A model generated the notes under the pieces. That model ran no database searches and was not told where the DNA came from. It saw nothing but the letters and a program-made list of their open reading frames with translations. The position numbers and the translations under genes were made by a program. A stretch of DNA of 48,479 nt, from NCBI GenBank assembly GCA_022562795.1, contig JADFOP010000012.1, forward strand, positions 1 to 48,479, in the 5' to 3' direction. This stretch comes from Nitrospinota bacterium. GTDB lineage: Bacteria > JADFOP01. Within the stretch, counting starts at the first letter, position 1; the number at the start of each line of letters is the position of its first letter. Of the stretch, positions 46,574-48,479 are shown piece after piece.

Positions 46574-47026
46574 CTAAATAAGGTTCAGAATTTCCTCGAG
46601 CAGTCGATTCATGGTCTCCAGCACCCTGACCGAGGCCTGAAAGGCTGCCTCGAACTGGGTGAGGCTGATCATCTCCTCTTCGAGCGAGACCCCCGATGTG
46701 GAGGCCCTCAGGATGTCGAGCTGAGTCACGATGGCCTGCTGTTGTTCCAAACCCGCGTCGGCGCTGGCTTTGGTCAGAAATACCTTGGCGGCGAATCCCC
46801 CGTAGTACTCCTCAAATGTGTTCTGATAGCTTCCCTGACTGAAGTTCAGCACCTTCTCCGACTGTAAATTGAGTAGGGCCAGGACGTTTTGGTTATCCCC
46901 AGGGGCAGTGGTCAGCCCCGCGGCTATGCGCTCGGGGCTGGAGCTTAACGTTCCGTCTAAGGCCATCTTCCTCGCGGCTCCTTCCGTCACGTTCAACGAA
47001 AAGGAATCACCGTCGTCGGGGGCGCC
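46574..47026 (-). pseudogene. flgK: FlgK C-terminal remnant
   Basis: IAA.....GDNQN.LAL, SGVSLEEEMISL.QFE.AFQAS.RV. In-frame TGA at 47030-47032 and no N-terminal FlgK sequence upstream. Confidence 0.88.
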
Positions 47027-47163
47027 TTTTCAAAGGATGGGAAGAAATTTCCTAAGGATATCTGTTTCAGATGGCATACATCCAAGGCTCTGGGAGGTTT
47101 GAGAAGGAAGGCAATGCCATCGGTGTGGTGTTGCCCATGAGGACCGTCAAGAGAGTTGTTGTA

Positions 47164-48414
47164 TTATCCTACATGCTCCGCGACTTTGGGGAGAGAGATG
47201 AGCACGGTCGTGCCTTGCCCCACCTCGCTCTTTACCTCAACTTCGCCCTGTTGCGATTTAATAAGGTCATGCGTCATTGCCATTCCCATACCGACGCCTA
47301 CGCCCACCTTGGTGCTGAAGAATGGCTCAAAAATCCTGGAGCGAACTTCCTGGGACATACCCACTCCGGTGTCGCTGACGGCCAAGTGCACCGTTCCGCT
47401 CCCCTCCCACGTTCGAAGGGTCAGCCTTCCACCCATCGGCATAGCGTGGATAGAGTTTAAAACTACGTTCAGCAGGGCCTCCCTGAGCGTGGCCGGATCT
47501 GCCAATACGGACCGCTTCAACTGTAGGCGCTTTTGGACCTCAATGGATATGCCTTTAGCCAGAGCCTCTTTGAATTTAACCCGGAGCATCTCCAGCACGT
47601 CCTCCGCCACCTCGTTTAAATCGACTGGTGTTACGACCCTGGGACTTTCCGCCGTCTTGGAAGTCAGCTCTTGGAGGGACTTGATTGTGTTAGTGGCACC
47701 CATGATCGTCTGCTCCATGACATCGATTATACGAAAAGCCTCCCGGTCGGAGGGATCGAGCCGAGGGCGGAGAAGATAGAGGTTTCCAAGGACAAGCCCC
47801 AAGAAGTTGTTAAAGTCGTGTGCTTTTCCCACAGCGCTCTTTGCGAGCAGCTCAAACCTTTCGGTTAGGATTAGCTTCTCCTTGGTCTTTTTCAATGCCC
47901 CCCGAGTCAGGGAAACCTCCCAGGCCGTGGCCAGATGCCGGGCGAATATCTCCAAGACGGATTCGTCCCAAGGGGTGAACCGATCGGGGTTGGAGCTCAA
48001 AAGCACAAACACCCCTACAGGCCGTCCATCCACCACAACCGGAGCTCCTAGGAGGGCTTCATGGGCCGTGATATCGAGGAGCTCCCGATTTCCCCAACCA
48101 GTCTCTCTAGAAAGGTCCTTCACAACGACGGGTTTCCCCCCATCCATAAGCTCTTTTACGAAAGGCTCGTCAGCCCTGAGCACCTCCTCGACTCTATTGC
48201 GGTCCGCTCCGGAGACTCCAGCAAGCTGGAGCTGCCCTGAGACCTCATCCACGCTCCACATGATTACCAGAGTAACCCCCCAGAGAGGCTCTGCCAGCTC
48301 AGCGAGCGCCGCTGCTACCGCCACCGGCTCCCCGCCTGGGAGCGGCTGGAGCAGGAACGAGACCATGGAGTTCAACATCCTCGCCCTTTTCCCTCTATCG
48401 CGACGCCGCGCCAT
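47164..48414 (-). CDS. GAF sensor histidine kinase
   Basis: GAF domain, AHDFNNFL H-box, NVVLNS, DTGVGM, IFEPFFSTK, G.GMGM. RBS AAGGAGG. Confidence 0.9.
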   Translation of the reverse strand: MARRRDRGKRARMLNSMVSFLLQPLPGGEPVAVAAALAELAEPLWGVTLVIMWSVDEVSGQLQLAGVSGADRNRVEEVLRADEPFVKELMDGGKPVVVKDLSRETGWGNRELLDITAHEALLGAPVVVDGRPVGVFVLLSSNPDRFTPWDESVLEIFARHLATAWEVSLTRGALKKTKEKLILTERFELLAKSAVGKAHDFNNFLGLVLGNLYLLRPRLDPSDREAFRIIDVMEQTIMGATNTIKSLQELTSKTAESPRVVTPVDLNEVAEDVLEMLRVKFKEALAKGISIEVQKRLQLKRSVLADPATLREALLNVVLNSIHAMPMGGRLTLRTWEGSGTVHLAVSDTGVGMSQEVRSRIFEPFFSTKVGVGVGMGMAMTHDLIKSQQGEVEVKSEVGQGTTVLISLPKVAEHVG

Positions 48415-48479
48415 AAGGCCTCCTTGCTCTTCCCGCCGCTTCCAAAACTAACCCCCCCTCCCTGGGGGTTTTAGTTCCC

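Overview
Bacterial chromosomal window, high-GC over about 1-36.3 kb. The gene content resembles anaerobic deltaproteobacteria/Nitrospinota-like lineages, but the taxon cannot be fixed from sequence alone. It has three kinds of region. (1) Housekeeping and metabolic operons: ino1, dtd, MscS, a TPP-riboswitch-led thiS-thiG-thiE-thiC operon, a futalosine menaquinone cluster (UbiD/UbiA-type, mqnE, mqnA, mqnC, amidohydrolase), a galT-glgA-GAF kinase-receiver-PFK operon and tmk-holB-ricT-metG-tatD. The TatD is fused to a radical-SAM-like domain that has lost two of its three cluster cysteines. (2) A ~2.2 kb hotspot at 21.3-23.5 kb built from several nested GTAG-type REP/BIME palindromes. It encloses two convergent hicBA toxin-antitoxin pairs in which both toxins are broken and both antitoxins are intact. 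(3) A visibly lower-GC, all-minus-strand flagellar/chemotaxis/c-di-GMP region (36.5-48.4 kb) caught mid-decay. flgK, cheY, fapA and the GT2-TPR gene are pseudogenes, flaG is fused to a FliT-like tail with fliD/fliS absent, and the PilZ gene has an ATT start. fliC, flgL, an HD-GYP regulator and a kinase-less CheA-like Hpt-MshEN protein remain open, with recognisable sigma28/sigma54 promoters. A UGSC-type putative selenoprotein gene missed by the ORF track runs off the left edge. No rRNA, tRNA or CRISPR array was seen.
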